NCBI GenBank assembly: GCA_004022145.1
Contig: RCNU01000016.1
From: Paecilomyces variotii
Lineage: Eukaryota
DNA length: 64,000 nucleotides
Strand: one strand, 5' to 3'
How positions within the stretch are numbered: position 1 is the first letter of the stretch; the number at the start of each line of letters is the position of its first letter. Under the pieces are notes generated by a model. The model ran no database searches, was not told where the DNA came from, and saw only the letters and a program-made list of their open reading frames with translations. Both the position numbers and the translations under genes were made by a program. Positions 46,099 to 58,976 of this stretch are shown here, one piece after another.

Positions 46099-49000
46099 TT
46101 AGAAACTCATGATAGTTTGATGGGTTCAATAGGAATTTCAGGAATTATTTAATAGTACTACTTACCTAGTGCCTCGGGCTTTTCCCGTCTAAATCTGCTG
46201 TGCTGCCAGTCGTTCAGGATTGAATAATAAACTGTGCTCGAAATTCGAGACTTTACTAATGGCTCTTTAGAAGCCTTCCAGGCGTATTTGTAAGATGTAC
46301 ATTAGGTACATTGTCAATCTCATTCGGCTCCCGGGCCGTACTGTAGCTGGTCATGTCGAATCCTAAATAGCACCGAAGCAAGGTCATGACTTGAACATCG
46401 TAGCGGCACCAGCTATATCGCTTCCTTGCTTTCTTGGCTCCAGATCTAGGGGAGGTAGACACCATGTTTATGTCCTATGTACAGAATAAGTCTAGATATT
46501 CGGATCTAGTAGTTTGATCATGATACAGATGGATTGACGACAGGTCACCATACAAACGTCCTTTGTGCCGACAGATCGTTCCAAATCTATGGTACTCTTA
46601 AGGATGTCAGTTATGTCAAGTTCGGTCCGCAGTCCAGAATTTCTATTCGCCTAGCGATCCCATTGCTGACTATGCAAGGTAAATGGATGATATGTCGGAG
46701 CCTGTCTACACTACTGTACAGGCAGACCTCCTGTCGGTTTTCTTCCAGGCCTTTCTAGCTCCATCCACAGAGATAGATAGGCTGAGCTAGTTGCTAGAGA
46801 ATTCAAGCTCAGCGAGCTTCTCTCCAAGATGATATGCTTTGAGCGCTGGCTCCGTCTGCAGAGACTGATGTTATACTCTGAAAACGCATCCAATGAGGAA
46901 GATGTGTTCATCAGGAACTGTAATAGAGTTAAAGGGGCAAAAACATATCTTACCACTGAAGGGCATGTATCACTGCAATTCCTTATTGTTTTCCTACTGT
47001 AGTGCGTTGCAAGGCTTTGTGGGTTTGTCGGGGAATAGAGCCAGTTATTGTGTTAGATGATAAGATAGCTTACGTTAATCAAACTTGCTCCTGTTGCTGC
47101 TCAAATCGAAATACAGTACGATAGATCTACACTCAAGCCCCAAGGATCTAACTACTCCGTAGTTACTGTTCTACGGATTATCTAAGTGATATTATTGATA
47201 ACTATCAAAAGTCAATCTACTCACAGGCATCCTACTATCACAGCTGCTATCTTCCTTGATGCCCCAAGACGGTTCGATAATAACCATCAGAAACGGCCGC
47301 AACCACATGGAGCAGAGGATACAGTACGCGCCATAAGTAAGGGTTCAACAGGGCAGAATAAATCCCGTCAATGATATATCGTATACCCTTAGGAAGCGGA
47401 GATAGATAGTAACAGCTGACAGCAACAGCTAATTATGCTATCGCGCAGGCATGTTGTACTGTATATCATCTTTTCAGGATATACCAACGATTTATTCCGC
47501 GAGATAGACGCAAAAGTTTTCTCGGTACGTCTTCAGGATGATGATTACCGAAGTTCCCCTTGCTGCGAGGTTTACTTTCATTGTGGACTCTCTCGGTCGG
47601 CCCGTTCCATCTCTTTCCCTTCTGATTCACTGGCTTGGCCCACTGCTCAGCCAGCCATGATATCGTCTCCCATACTGTGGATATTGGATAATCCAATATC
47701 CCACCATCGTGGACGCCTCATTCTTGGGGCGAGGACTTCAGAACATGACTGGCCGTATATCAGTTCATGATGGCTCCGGTCTACTCTCTGCAACAATGTC
47801 ATGGGACGACAACCTTGGCGGTGTCGACCGCTGATCAGCGTCAAGAGTCAAGATTGACTTCATCGATTCCGCCAGACACGCATTAATGACTCCACGCGAT
47901 AAACGGCGTCCCACGGGTACCTTCAAATTGGCGAAATTGGAAGTCTATCCGTTGACAATACGTTGACAGGAGGATGTTATGACGATAGACGATGAAGGCA
48001 GAGGAGCGGCGTATCCAGACGGCATCTTGACATAGGATTCAAGACCTGGAATTCGAAAATTCGACACAAGAGCAAATGTTATGCATCCCCAATGCAACGA
48101 CATGTTCTATACCGGCAAACCCTGCATGTGGCGTATATGTGCGTGGATATTTCCTATCCCTCGCACCTGACAACGACAAGACATATGCTCTTTCGCGTGG
48201 ATTAATCGAGTCTTGCTGCAGATATTGATGAGCAAGGGACGTTTCAGGAACAGCTTTCACTTATTGGACTCGGAGGTTGCTGGAAAAAAAAAAAAAAAAA
48301 GGTCAATTGTCCGTGCCATCATCTTCCGCAGCTAATTAACTGACAACATCGCAATCCGATACGGAGTATGCAGTCAATGGCATTAAATCATCGCCACACA
48401 CTGATCGCCGCCTTCTCCGGGCAACATGATTATTATTTCAGAGAGAGCAATTTTCGTTGGCCGACGCATCGACTGCTGGCGTCATGGCCAGTTCCGATCT
48501 TCTGGTAATGTGTGTTCTTGAGCGGCACAGAAGATCTCGACTTCTTAGAGTAATGTGTGAACATGGTTTCCGATCCTTTTAATTGGTCTTTTGCGCATGG
48601 CAGTACCATAAGCCATGCAAGCCCGTCACAGCGCCCCAAGACCAAGACCACAGGCTAGACAAGCATTAACAGACACGCCTGTGGACATCCGGATGATCGA
48701 GCCGAATTCATGATGCATAATGGCCATCAAAGCCATCAATTCCATTCAGCCAATTCGGTTGTATCCAACGATATCTTGCTCAACATTTCAGTTGCTATTT
48801 CTGAAGTTTACAGTTCCAAAATAATCGTGAGCCCTCTTGATGTCTATAAACCTAATGATAACCGCAGTGCCACGGCTCTTTTGGAGTAGATGAATAGCTA
48901 GCTACCGGAAACCTGGGCTATGTACATACGTACCCCCAAGCCCCAGCATCAGTTCAACGGTCGGTGAAGTATGGGTCCCCGTTCTCGTTACGGCCGTTAG

Positions 49001-49699
49001 TTGATACTTCATCTCCACAAGTTGCGCACTTATGGTAGATTTCGGTCGTTCCGCGCGGAGCTCAGACCAACCGGGCCATGGCCGTGTTCTCGTTGAATTC
49101 TGGATGTGTCAACTCGATTTCAGCTTGAATTTACTATTACTTTTTCCAGCGTTGCATGAAGTAGGGGTATTGCCATGGCTGCTACAATGTCTAGATGTGA
49201 TTTGCCCTCTAAGGGACCTCATTCGGTGTACGGCTTCACCGTGGCGCGGCAGAGCATTACTTCGACATGCCACAACTGTGGGAATTATTACTTACCATGT
49301 TGGTAGACTTTACTCCGTACGGTCCGTGTGACGATGGTACGCCCTCTAGCGAGAAGGGGTAAGTCGACCTTAATGGATGACAGCTCGTTCTCGACCCGCC
49401 ACGCCCGTGGCCAACCGTTTAGCAAACGTCGTCTCCCCGGGCCAGTTCGGACTGGGTCTAATTAGTCCCTGTTTGCCCTTGCTGGATCAGATGTGTCCAG
49501 CTGGCAGCAGCTAAAACCGCGATGAGATCTCTTGCGATGTCCTCCGAGATCTCGTCCCTCAAAATCCGGCCGTCTCGTTGGCCGCAACATGACGCCTGGT
49601 CGCCGAACGTGTTCATTTTGTCTTCACTGCACGGATAGTCTCCCTCAGTCAACCCTATCGACGACTGAGCGAGCTTCAATTGTCTGATCCTCATGCCAC

Positions 49700-52078
49700 A
49701 TGGTCGAGGACCAGGACCAGAACCCCGGGGGCACGGCCGCCACGATAGACCGGAGGAAGGCTGCGAATCGTCAGGCACGATCATGCCGCGTATGTCGTCT
49801 ACGCAAAGTCAAGGTACGTTTCTGATAGAGTATGTCTCTGTCCCCGCCTGTCAACGCCTGACCGTTGATGCCCGTGGGCCCGGCCCGCACGGGTGCCAAC
49901 TGTCAGATTGGATATGACAAGCCTTGACTCAAACAGCTACGATCGCGATCCCGCGGACAAATGATTAAGAAAATCTAACCAGAAACGCCATGCTGAGCTG
50001 ATCTACAGTGCGACCGTGTTAAGCCGTGCCACGCGTGTTGTGCACATGGCCACCCCTCAAAATGCGTCTACGATAATCCTCTCGACGAGGATGAACTCCA
50101 GCCCATCAGTCAGTCTGACGAGATCCGAAATCTGAGGACCGAGATCTCAGAGCTGCGCAGTCGGATTAACAGTCAAGGTAAGTAACTTTATGTATGAGAA
50201 CTTGGGCGGATTGGCCGCGGTTGCGTCAAACAAGGATACCCGGCTAAACGCAAGCTTGCTTCAGGAAATCGCGCCCAGGGACACAGGCGGCTGGCCGAAT
50301 TGGAACGTGTCTTCGAATCGATCCGCTCTGCGCCGTTGGACGTGGTCAACAGTATCATCTGGCAGATCCGAGCTTCACGCAGTAGTGCAGATGGACCGGC
50401 TTTATTACCGAGACCCGCCGATGAAGCTACAGGTAGGCATCTCCCGTGCTCTCGAATCATCCACAGGTCCAAAAGTAAGAGACGCCGGTGAAACCTCCAG
50501 TCTGACTTGCATCTGTCTCCGCAGTTTACCCCGAAGCCAACCCGGAAGATGCCAGCATAGTTACAGATGGGCCCCCATCGATTCCACCAAGGAATTTCCC
50601 CGTACGGAGCCGGACGCCTTCTGCAGATAGCATTGTCGATGAGTTCACCGATGACGGCTATGGAACCAGTGGTGGTTTCGGAGCGTCTGTCGGGACATCT
50701 GAATCGCAGTTTGGCGATGAGGAGCAGTATGTCTGCGGGCCCGTGTCCCGATTTGCGCCTCAGTCACCAGCGCTCGACGTCTTCCTTCAGCGATTTGTCG
50801 ATGCTTTCAGTCCAGAGGTAGATCTCAGTTCCGGCCGTGCTGGGGCGATCAGAGCCGGTGCCGAGATCCGGATGTTTTCTCCCATGATCTCCAATGCCTT
50901 CGAAGCCGTCTCCACTACCTTCTTTGGCCGGTCTATTCAAGACCCACGCATTGAGGCTTCAGGGTTGAAGCTGTACCCCAAAGTATTGCGCTCATTGCAG
51001 CAAGCACTGCTGGACCCTGAACGGAGCCGATCCGAGGCGACCTTGGTCACTGTGACGCTTCTTATGGCATTTGAGGTACGCATGATCGGTGTGCCAAACT
51101 CCACTGAGAAAATAACTGACTTGGTCCAATTAGAGTATTGAGCGGACCACTCAAGGTTCAATCGCTGCCCACGCCATGGGAGCGATGCAGCTATTTCGGC
51201 ACCGAGGCGCTGAGAACCATATATATGGCGTCGAGCACCTTCTCTTCACCGAGTTGCGACCATATTGGGTATGTCGCTTCTGTTCGTACTACCGTGACTG
51301 CTGTGTGCTAAGATGGTCTTAGGTTGGAGCTGCGCTTGTGAATCGACGGCCTTCGTTTTTCGCAGAAGAGGCGTGGAAGACGATTCCATGGTCGGCCGGC
51401 ACAACCGTCAAGGATATTCTGCACTATCTCCTGGATATTGTGGTAGACATCCCGGCCGTGTTAGCACAGTACGATGACCTGGAGGCATCACAGAGCTCTG
51501 GCGTACTGGGTAACGGAGAATTGGTTGCCAAACAGACAAAGCTCTGGAACGGCGTTACAGATCTCACGCAGCGATTTCTCCAGTGGAAAAAGGATTGGGT
51601 AGACAATTACCCAGCGGGATCACCAAAGGAGGTGGATTCTCAGGGCGATGACTCCTTTCCGGTCTTCCGCTGTCGCGACTTGCGCACCATGAAGATCATC
51701 ACACCAAAGACGCTTGTATACCCGGACCTCCGACTGGCACAGACCATGTGTGTATACTATGCGACTCGCCTGATTCTGTCCTCGGTTGATACTCGACCGA
51801 CCGGCCGGGTGACGCCCGCTGAGCAATATACTCTAGCTTGCAACATCTGTCGCAGTATGGAGTGCTATCTGCGGCAAGCCCCGGGCAATATGATCAATCG
51901 ATTAGCACTTCCTGTGCGCGTGGCCTGGGAAGCCCTGCCCACGAAAGGCGTGGAACGGGAGTTCATGCAAGAGATCTTTCGCCTGGTCGAAAAGCGCCAT
52001 TCACTGAGTTTCTGGGGTAGTTCCATGCCGGAAATTTCGCCGAGGGCTGGTTCCCCTCCGAAAGTAGAAGGTGGATGA
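49700..52078 (+). CDS. Zn(II)2Cys6 transcription factor
   Basis: Exons 49700-49813, 50009-50177, 50265-50432, 50525-51075, 51134-51268, 51323-52078. The zinc cluster SCRVCRLRKVK|CDRVKPCHACCAHGHPSKCVY is split by intron 1. A C-terminal fungal TF domain follows (RRPSFFAEEAWKTIPW, ICRSMECYL). Confidence 0.9.
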
Positions 52079-53186
52079 GGGTACACGTCGACATACTCAA
52101 GCGACCGGAGGATTGGGTCATCACGGGCAACGACTGATCAGCGAGATTCGCGTAGATGACGACAGGGAACACTAGTTTGGCAGTCTTTCAAGCCCATGCG
52201 TACAGAGAAGACATTACGACTGAGGCCTAAGTCATCCGGACGGCTTCTTGAGTTGCTCCACGATGATGATGACGATGACGACGATGATAATGTGATATGC
52301 CACGACTCATATAATTAATATAGGCGACGGTGTTCGTGTATCTTGTAGAGTATAAGTGATATCCAGCGGAGTCTCGCAAGGGATAAGGGTCATATAGTTA
52401 GTTAATGGAAGCACATGGATGATTGACTCGAAGAATTCTTCTAGACAGCTGACATTATTCTCTTCGTTTGGAGTAAGGCGGCTTGTTTTCCCCGGCTGGT
52501 CCGTGGAGGTATGTGCTCTTCTGCTTCTTCCTAGAAAAAAACAAGAATATCTCCAGGACCCTGACCGGCCCTAGAAGCGATCTTCAGCCGAATCTCTTTG
52601 GACCCACCAAAGCTGAAGCTGACGAACACTAGCCAAGGCCCAAGAGTAGCGTTCGCTGCTCGTCTGCGATCTCACGGTTCCTGTTCGTCAATGCTATTTG
52701 GAAGCTTCAATAGTTCCCGCCGCGTTCTTCAACTAGCTTGTCGCCAATCATGACCCGAGAGTAATTAAACTCCATATCTACAACTCGTATCTTCATTTGT
52801 GTGCAGTCAGCCAGTCACAAACTCCCAGGTATTCGTACGGGCTCCCGACACTCTGGGGACGGACCGCAGGCCTAGAGTCAGCTAGGGCCTGGGTCTTCAT
52901 GTCTTGATGAGTTAGGTTGTTACTCTCCTCGTATCTACTCCCCTGGGTTCCGGGACAATGGTCACTAGATAAGCGGAGCCTGCTGATTTCAGCTATCATT
53001 CAAGTAGCTCTGCAGCTCAGTATGGGTCGAGTATAAGATGTCGCCCGCTTTCTGGCTTCCCAGGATATGTGCGTGGAAAGTCTCGTTGATGCTTTGATCT
53101 GGAATTGAACCAATCATTCGTTCGGTTTACTATTTTTTTTTTCTTTCTGTTTGTTGCGTGTTGAGGACCATCATATATCAGACATA

Positions 53187-54071
53187 ATGTTTCTCCCCTC
53201 GTTATCCCTTGGGCTGCTTCTCTCATCGTCTGTCGCCTATGGTTTACCTACCAACTCAACAGCATCCAACAGTACTCCGTCACCTCTACGCCCTCACAAT
53301 GATTTCTCCTGTCGCAGCACCGAGTACCCGAACCCGGTCGTTCTACTCCACGGCCTCGGCGCGACATATTACGAGGACCTCAACTACCTCGAAGCCTGGT
53401 TGCAGATCCAAGGCCATTGCACATTTTCCATAACCTACGGTGCATACGATGGTTTCCCCTTCGTCGGAGGCCTCAAGCCCATCAATGAATCGGCACAAGA
53501 GATCGCATCCTTCATTCAGGAAGTCCAGACCAAAACCGGTGCCGACAAGATCAACCTTGTCGGACACTCTGAAGGTGCCTTCCAGAGTCTTTATGTACCT
53601 AAGTTCACGGGCGTGAGCCCCATCATCGACAAGGTTGTAGCCATTGCGCCTCCGACTCATGGAACCACCTTTGCGAATCTTTGGGACCTTGCGTACCTCC
53701 TCGGCAACGGAACCCGCGAAGCCGTCGGCGATGTCTTGCGTGCTGTTGGCTGCGCTGCCTGCGACGATCTCAGCGTTGGTGGAGCGGCGATTGCGAAGCT
53801 GAACGATGGAACTCCTATCCACCAACCTGGTAATCAATTGACAGTGATTGCATCCAAGGATGATGAACTCGTCACTCCCTCAGGCACGGCCAGCTGGGTC
53901 GAAGAGGACGGAGTGACGAACGAATACGTCCAGAACACCTGCTCCTTTGACCCCGTCGGACATATAGGCGAGGCGTACGACTTGAATGTTTGGAATTTGG
54001 TCAAGAACGCCCTGGAGGGGACGCCGGATCGGGCATTTACCTGTGTTGTCGGATCACCGGGCAAGAGATAG
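53187..54071 (+). CDS. Secreted lipase/esterase (lipase class 2, alpha/beta hydrolase)
   Basis: Intronless, with signal peptide MFLPSLSLGLLLSSSVAYG, PVVLLHGLG, nucleophile GHSEG, APPTHGT, SKDDELVTP (Asp) and DPVGHIG (His). Confidence 0.9.
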   Translation: MFLPSLSLGLLLSSSVAYGLPTNSTASNSTPSPLRPHNDFSCRSTEYPNPVVLLHGLGATYYEDLNYLEAWLQIQGHCTFSITYGAYDGFPFVGGLKPINESAQEIASFIQEVQTKTGADKINLVGHSEGAFQSLYVPKFTGVSPIIDKVVAIAPPTHGTTFANLWDLAYLLGNGTREAVGDVLRAVGCAACDDLSVGGAAIAKLNDGTPIHQPGNQLTVIASKDDELVTPSGTASWVEEDGVTNEYVQNTCSFDPVGHIGEAYDLNVWNLVKNALEGTPDRAFTCVVGSPGKR

Positions 54072-54293
54072 TTGGGTATATAATTGATTATCATCTAGTT
54101 TTATGCATGCTTGTGGCCTTACAAGAAAGGAAGTCATGATATGGATTGTAGACGTTTGTTTGCAGTTGAGAATACCCGGGTCATAGTACGTTTTGCAATT
54201 TGAGGGAATTTCCACGCAGAAAAGTGTTGATTTAATTTACTACTATCGAGTTAATCATTGTCTGCTAGGAGCATATTATAAGGAACCTATCGC

Positions 54294-55100
54294 TCAAGAA
54301 TGATGGCTACTCGCATGGCCTCTGGAAACATCGCATTGTGATATTTCTGCGAAAACAGGCTCCTGGCAGTCCGGGTCATTTTGCAAGCACCATGGGATGC
54401 GGCCCTTGTGGCAACGGAGTTCCTTGTCAAGATGATAGAGACCATGACCGGGCTGCTTGGAAACTCTTACCACCTGTTGGAGCAAGTCACCGATGTCCTT
54501 GACGTGCTTGGATTCTTTACGCAAGAACTTCGTCTGGATAGCGTCCGTGAGGGAGTGATTGTTGCATTTCTGAGCCAGCGCGCACAATCGCTCTAGATCC
54601 TGGAGCACGTTCTTCTCGATACTGAGAGCCTCCCTGACCGGGTGGACGGGCTCGACTGGGTGGTCAGGCCATTCGATCTTGGGAGCCTCAATGGCAGTAG
54701 GCTTGGAGCGGCCACCACGGGAGATGAGGTATTTCTCCAACCAGTACATGTCTGCGAGGCACTCGGTAGCACGACGCTGCCAGAGCCTAGAATGGTCAGT
54801 TTGCTGGTCAGAAACACCCTCGTGATAAAGGGAATGCTTACATGGAGAAACCATGCAGCGCGATATTGGTACGAGCGCAGTCGGCTGCCAGCTTGCGGTA
54901 GAACATCCAGGTGGTCAACTCCTCGTGGATGTGACCTCTCACTGACTGATTCTGTTAGCCCCAGAGTGCAACGTGTATAGTATCGATGACCATACTTCTT
55001 CCAATTCAATGGTGAATGTTTTATCCCGCACAAAGTCGTCGAGGTTCGTATTCGCCATCTCAGCGATCACCCTCTTCGCTTCTTCAGTACTATGCGCCAT
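54294..55100 (-). CDS. Ferritin-like protein (eukaryotic ferritin fold, atypical ferroxidase residues)
   Basis: Exons 55100-54996, 54945-54842, 54786-54294. It aligns by eye with ferritin H: HIHEEL..MFY, R.NIALHGF, RGGR, ALSIEKNV.Q.L..L..LA, L.D.I.T.FL, VKDIGD and G.GLYHLDKEL. Confidence 0.82.
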
Positions 55101-56663
55101 CTTGATAAGATCAAAATTCGAATCAGTTTTAATGGTTAGACTATTTCCTCTTGTGCTGTCTGTCTGTCTGTCTTGCTCATTGGGAGACTGCGCTAACACA
55201 AAGGGCATAGAGTGCTCATATACTTCTACTGTCGAGACCGAAGCACGAACCAGCAGATCATCATGACAACATATCAAGAAGGGCAATTCGTCTAGGCCCG
55301 ACAATCATACGGGGTCCTTCGATCAATTGATAGGATACCAGGTCCGCCGATTCCGCACAACTCCCAAGAAGCAGCCATCGGATATGTCGGCTGCTCTGTC
55401 AATTCGACACGATCACCCCAGTCAGGTACCAGTGAGAGTCATGATGAGAAAAAATGATTTCTCCATCGGAGCCGATCCGTGGACAATGGACATTTGGAGA
55501 CGAAACTCGCGACAGTCCCGTTCGATGTTTCTCAAGTATCGTTGTTTGTTGTCGGGGAACCAGAGCTATTGCGCCCATCTAGAATCGCGATTGAGTTTCC
55601 TATGTCTAAACGCACTGCTTGGTATCGAGAGAGTTTATCGAGAGTTTCATACTGGGGAGTTCCGATGCTGCGTCAACGGTGAGCGAAACATGACATAGTT
55701 TTTATGTTGGCTGCCACGTAGTACCTGTGGGAAAGGTAGGGCCGTATGTTGCCAGTATGATGAATGAAATACATAGTAAGCGGGGCCTTATATTTTTTTC
55801 GCATCTAGTCTGTTGAATAATGTTCAATAGGACAAATAGAATAATGTTTATGGTTCGAAAATGATGCTAAAGTCCGGGGGAAGCGGGACTGGCCATCCTG
55901 GCCTTAGTGGTATCCTTTCCCAACGAATGAGATTGAAGATTTGCGATGATTAAAACATGGCGCTATATACTATCAGACATTCGAACATTCGAATTATCTC
56001 AAAAGAAGAAGAAAAAAAGACATCATTGGAATGACTCTATTGTTTCCCTGATACTCCCATCCATTTCATAAAGGCAGCGATGAATATGTAGCGCTTGTCC
56101 GTCCGATAGCAATGTCTGTCGTCACTACGGAATCTAAACGAGTCCTCCTGTGGTTGGTTGATATATGGATTTGTAATTCTAATAGTCCGGGCTCTCCACA
56201 TGTGGATGAGAACTAGTTACAATATTCACATGAAGCAGAGCAATACTTTCTAATGTCAGGGAGACATGGCTTTTAGTTCTCAAGGCACGACCGACATAGC
56301 GATGCGGAAACGGCAGAGGAAAAGCCTGCAGAGTCTCTCTGGGAGTGTAATTGGGGTAAAATAGATATACTGCCCGTTCTGGATTCGGGGGTATGCAAGA
56401 TCCCTGTTCACCACGCTATCCATATTGACCATAGCAGGAGATGCTAGTGGTCTTCCTACCTTAATTAACCGGCCAATGGCGGTCGAGGGCAGAAATCGAA
56501 ATATAACTGGTCGTGCGATATGCTGTCGACGGAAGAAGAAATTATTATGTTGCATATAGATGACTTCATTTGAATACTAAGGTTCATGGCCAGCTGAACT
56601 GCACAAAGAACCTACTCGCGCACGTCGTTACGGTGGGAAATCCTGATGATATATGTTGCTATC

Positions 56664-57576
56664 TCACAGATGTGATCGACTCACTCCCAATGACTGCGCG
56701 ACGTCTTTGACCAATTTACCAGCTTCCGATGCCTTTTCCAATGTATGCCAATGGCCCACTCCGGACCAGCTCACTAATTCGACATTTCGGTTTCCCAAGC
56801 TCTCCTTGATCGCACGGCATGTTGCGGGCGCAGATACTTTATCCTCCTCGCCCGAAACAATGACGATTCGATTAGCGCGAATCTTGCTCCAGTTGGGATC
56901 TGTCGCTGCTGCGAGCGCCTCGCAGCCCATCGCGTAGCCTTCTTTATCCTGTCTGGAGAGCAGCTCACGAACATATCCCACTATCTCTGGGCGCGATGCT
57001 AGCGTCTGAGGAGCCAATGCAGCGGAGGCTATGGCATCCGCCGCTGCGGCCATACCTTTCTGGCGGACTGCAACAGCGCGGTTTCTGTTGGCCGATTTAG
57101 CAGCTTCTGGAAGTCCCTTTGCTGGTCCAAACAGCACGAGAGCAGAGGCCAGATTCGGCTCACTGGCAGCAAGATGCATGGCGACGAGACAGCCCATGGA
57201 ATGCCCGACAATGACGGGGTTCCTGGCCTTCAGGTGGGAGATCACGGCTGGCAATAGAGCGTAAGCAACTATATGAGTTCCTCGAAAGAAGACGGGGGTG
57301 TCTGCGAATTCAGGTCATCCTACCTTTGCAGTCCTCAACATATGTCTCGATGGTGGCTTTCTGTGACGGTACGGAACTCCGGCCATGTCCGGATAGATCA
57401 AATCGGACGAGACGGAAGTTTCGAAGAGAGGTTATCAACGGCTGGAATGTATTGAGAGTACCGCCTAGGCCATGGACGAAGAAGATAGTCTGGCTGGAGG
57501 CTTGTCCTTCTTCCTCGTAATATATCTGGCGATCATTGACAGCAATGAAGCCGTTGGACGTAATCGCGGACGCCAT
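56664..57576 (-). CDS. Alpha/beta hydrolase, 3-oxoadipate enol-lactonase (PcaD)-like
   Basis: Exons 57576-57324 and 57247-56664. Motifs: FVHGLGG, FDLSGHGRS, GHSMG, RAVAVRQKGM, EGYAMGCEAL, GEEDKV and GHWHTLE. Confidence 0.87.
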
Positions 57577-58976
57577 TATGGATGTCTGTCAGATGTAGAT
57601 ACTAAGTTATTGTGTTTCCTAGCTGATAACATGCAACTATTCGTGTGCTATATAAGTTGCAGTCTGTCATGATCATCTATGATGCTCATCGGATCAATGG
57701 AGGTGGGCCAAACGCGGGGATTCGGTAAGTAAGCAGATCCCGTCGTCGGGGTCTGAAGAAGCAATCGGGATGGTTCGACAATGTCGCCATCAACCGAGTT
57801 TCATATCATAACCCTCGGTTCATGGAGATGCAGGATCTCTCGATACATAATAAGAATGCATGTTGAGTTCTGCTAGTTATTCAGACAGTACTTGGCTTTC
57901 GGCTTTCGGCTCTCCGCTCTCACGTGGTCTGCAGTGTCTTCGCAAGTGCCGATGGCGTTTCTTCTTCTATATTGAATTTGAAGAGTAGGGTTTTCGAACT
58001 GCATATATTTCTGGTGCATCTAGAGTACCTGAGGAGAACTCGGTTGCTCATATCTCCTTTCAAGCGGGTCTTTGTCGAATCGCAGGCCCATATTTCCTGC
58101 TCTCATCTTCACGTAGACACCATTACCGTCTTGCCACAAGCGTCAGAACGTGAGACAAGTGCAGGAAAGAAATCTCAGAGCCATGTGTCTTCCCGGAGAA
58201 TACCTGCTCTATGGGTCGTGGATCCGAAAAAGCACCTCGTGATACGGCTCAGCTAATAAGTAGTGCAGTTTAACACTGCATTTGCACTATCCGTTCAATA
58301 AATGCGCCTGGCAGACCTCCGTGCAAGTATGGCAACCGCATGCGTAGAAAAGTGGGTGTTAACCAAGAGCAGTTTCAGCGTCAATGCTCCTTCAGTTGGT
58401 TTTCGGTTCTCGAATGCTATACTTAACTACTTGGCCCCTCCCAAGATGTCTCGTGCAGTTCCTTGTTTCTGCTTGTCATCTCCAGGAGGCGCTATCGCCC
58501 GATATGTTTCCAGGAACGATAATAATCAGCACAGATGGAAGGAAAAGGAATTGTGCAGTGATCCTACCAAATAATGTAGCAAGCCGGTCGCTTATCACTT
58601 AGACTATCACGATAGGAACACGAGCGAGGAGCTGTTAAGTATCGTCCTTCCTAATTTGGTCAGGCTTCTGTCGGTCGAGCTGTTCTTCCACCGACACGAC
58701 GAATCAGCGCATATCGACAAAGAATCCGTTATGCATCGACGTCTGCTCTGTGCAGTCGATCGGATAGAGACCGCCGTTCTTGCTCTCCGCTTCTTTTTAC
58801 CTTTCCCCACAGAAGCTATGCGGGATCAGGAAGCTCCCATGTTTTTGCACGGATAAACTGGAGGAGCAAGTAGATACAGAGTGCACATATAAAGCAGTCG
58901 ATATGGTCACCGCGATACACACAATGTGACCTATGTTTTGGTCCACTTTCAGTCGCACTCGTGTCCTGCACAAATC

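Noticed and set aside
46200-49600. Possible pseudogene or transposon in the 3.4-kb gap before the C6 TF
   Set aside because: No terminal repeats or recognisable protein fragments were found by eye, only a poly-A run at ~48284-48300.
55101-55300. Iron-responsive element in the ferritin-like 5' region
   Set aside because: No CAGUGN-loop hairpin was seen on the coding strand.
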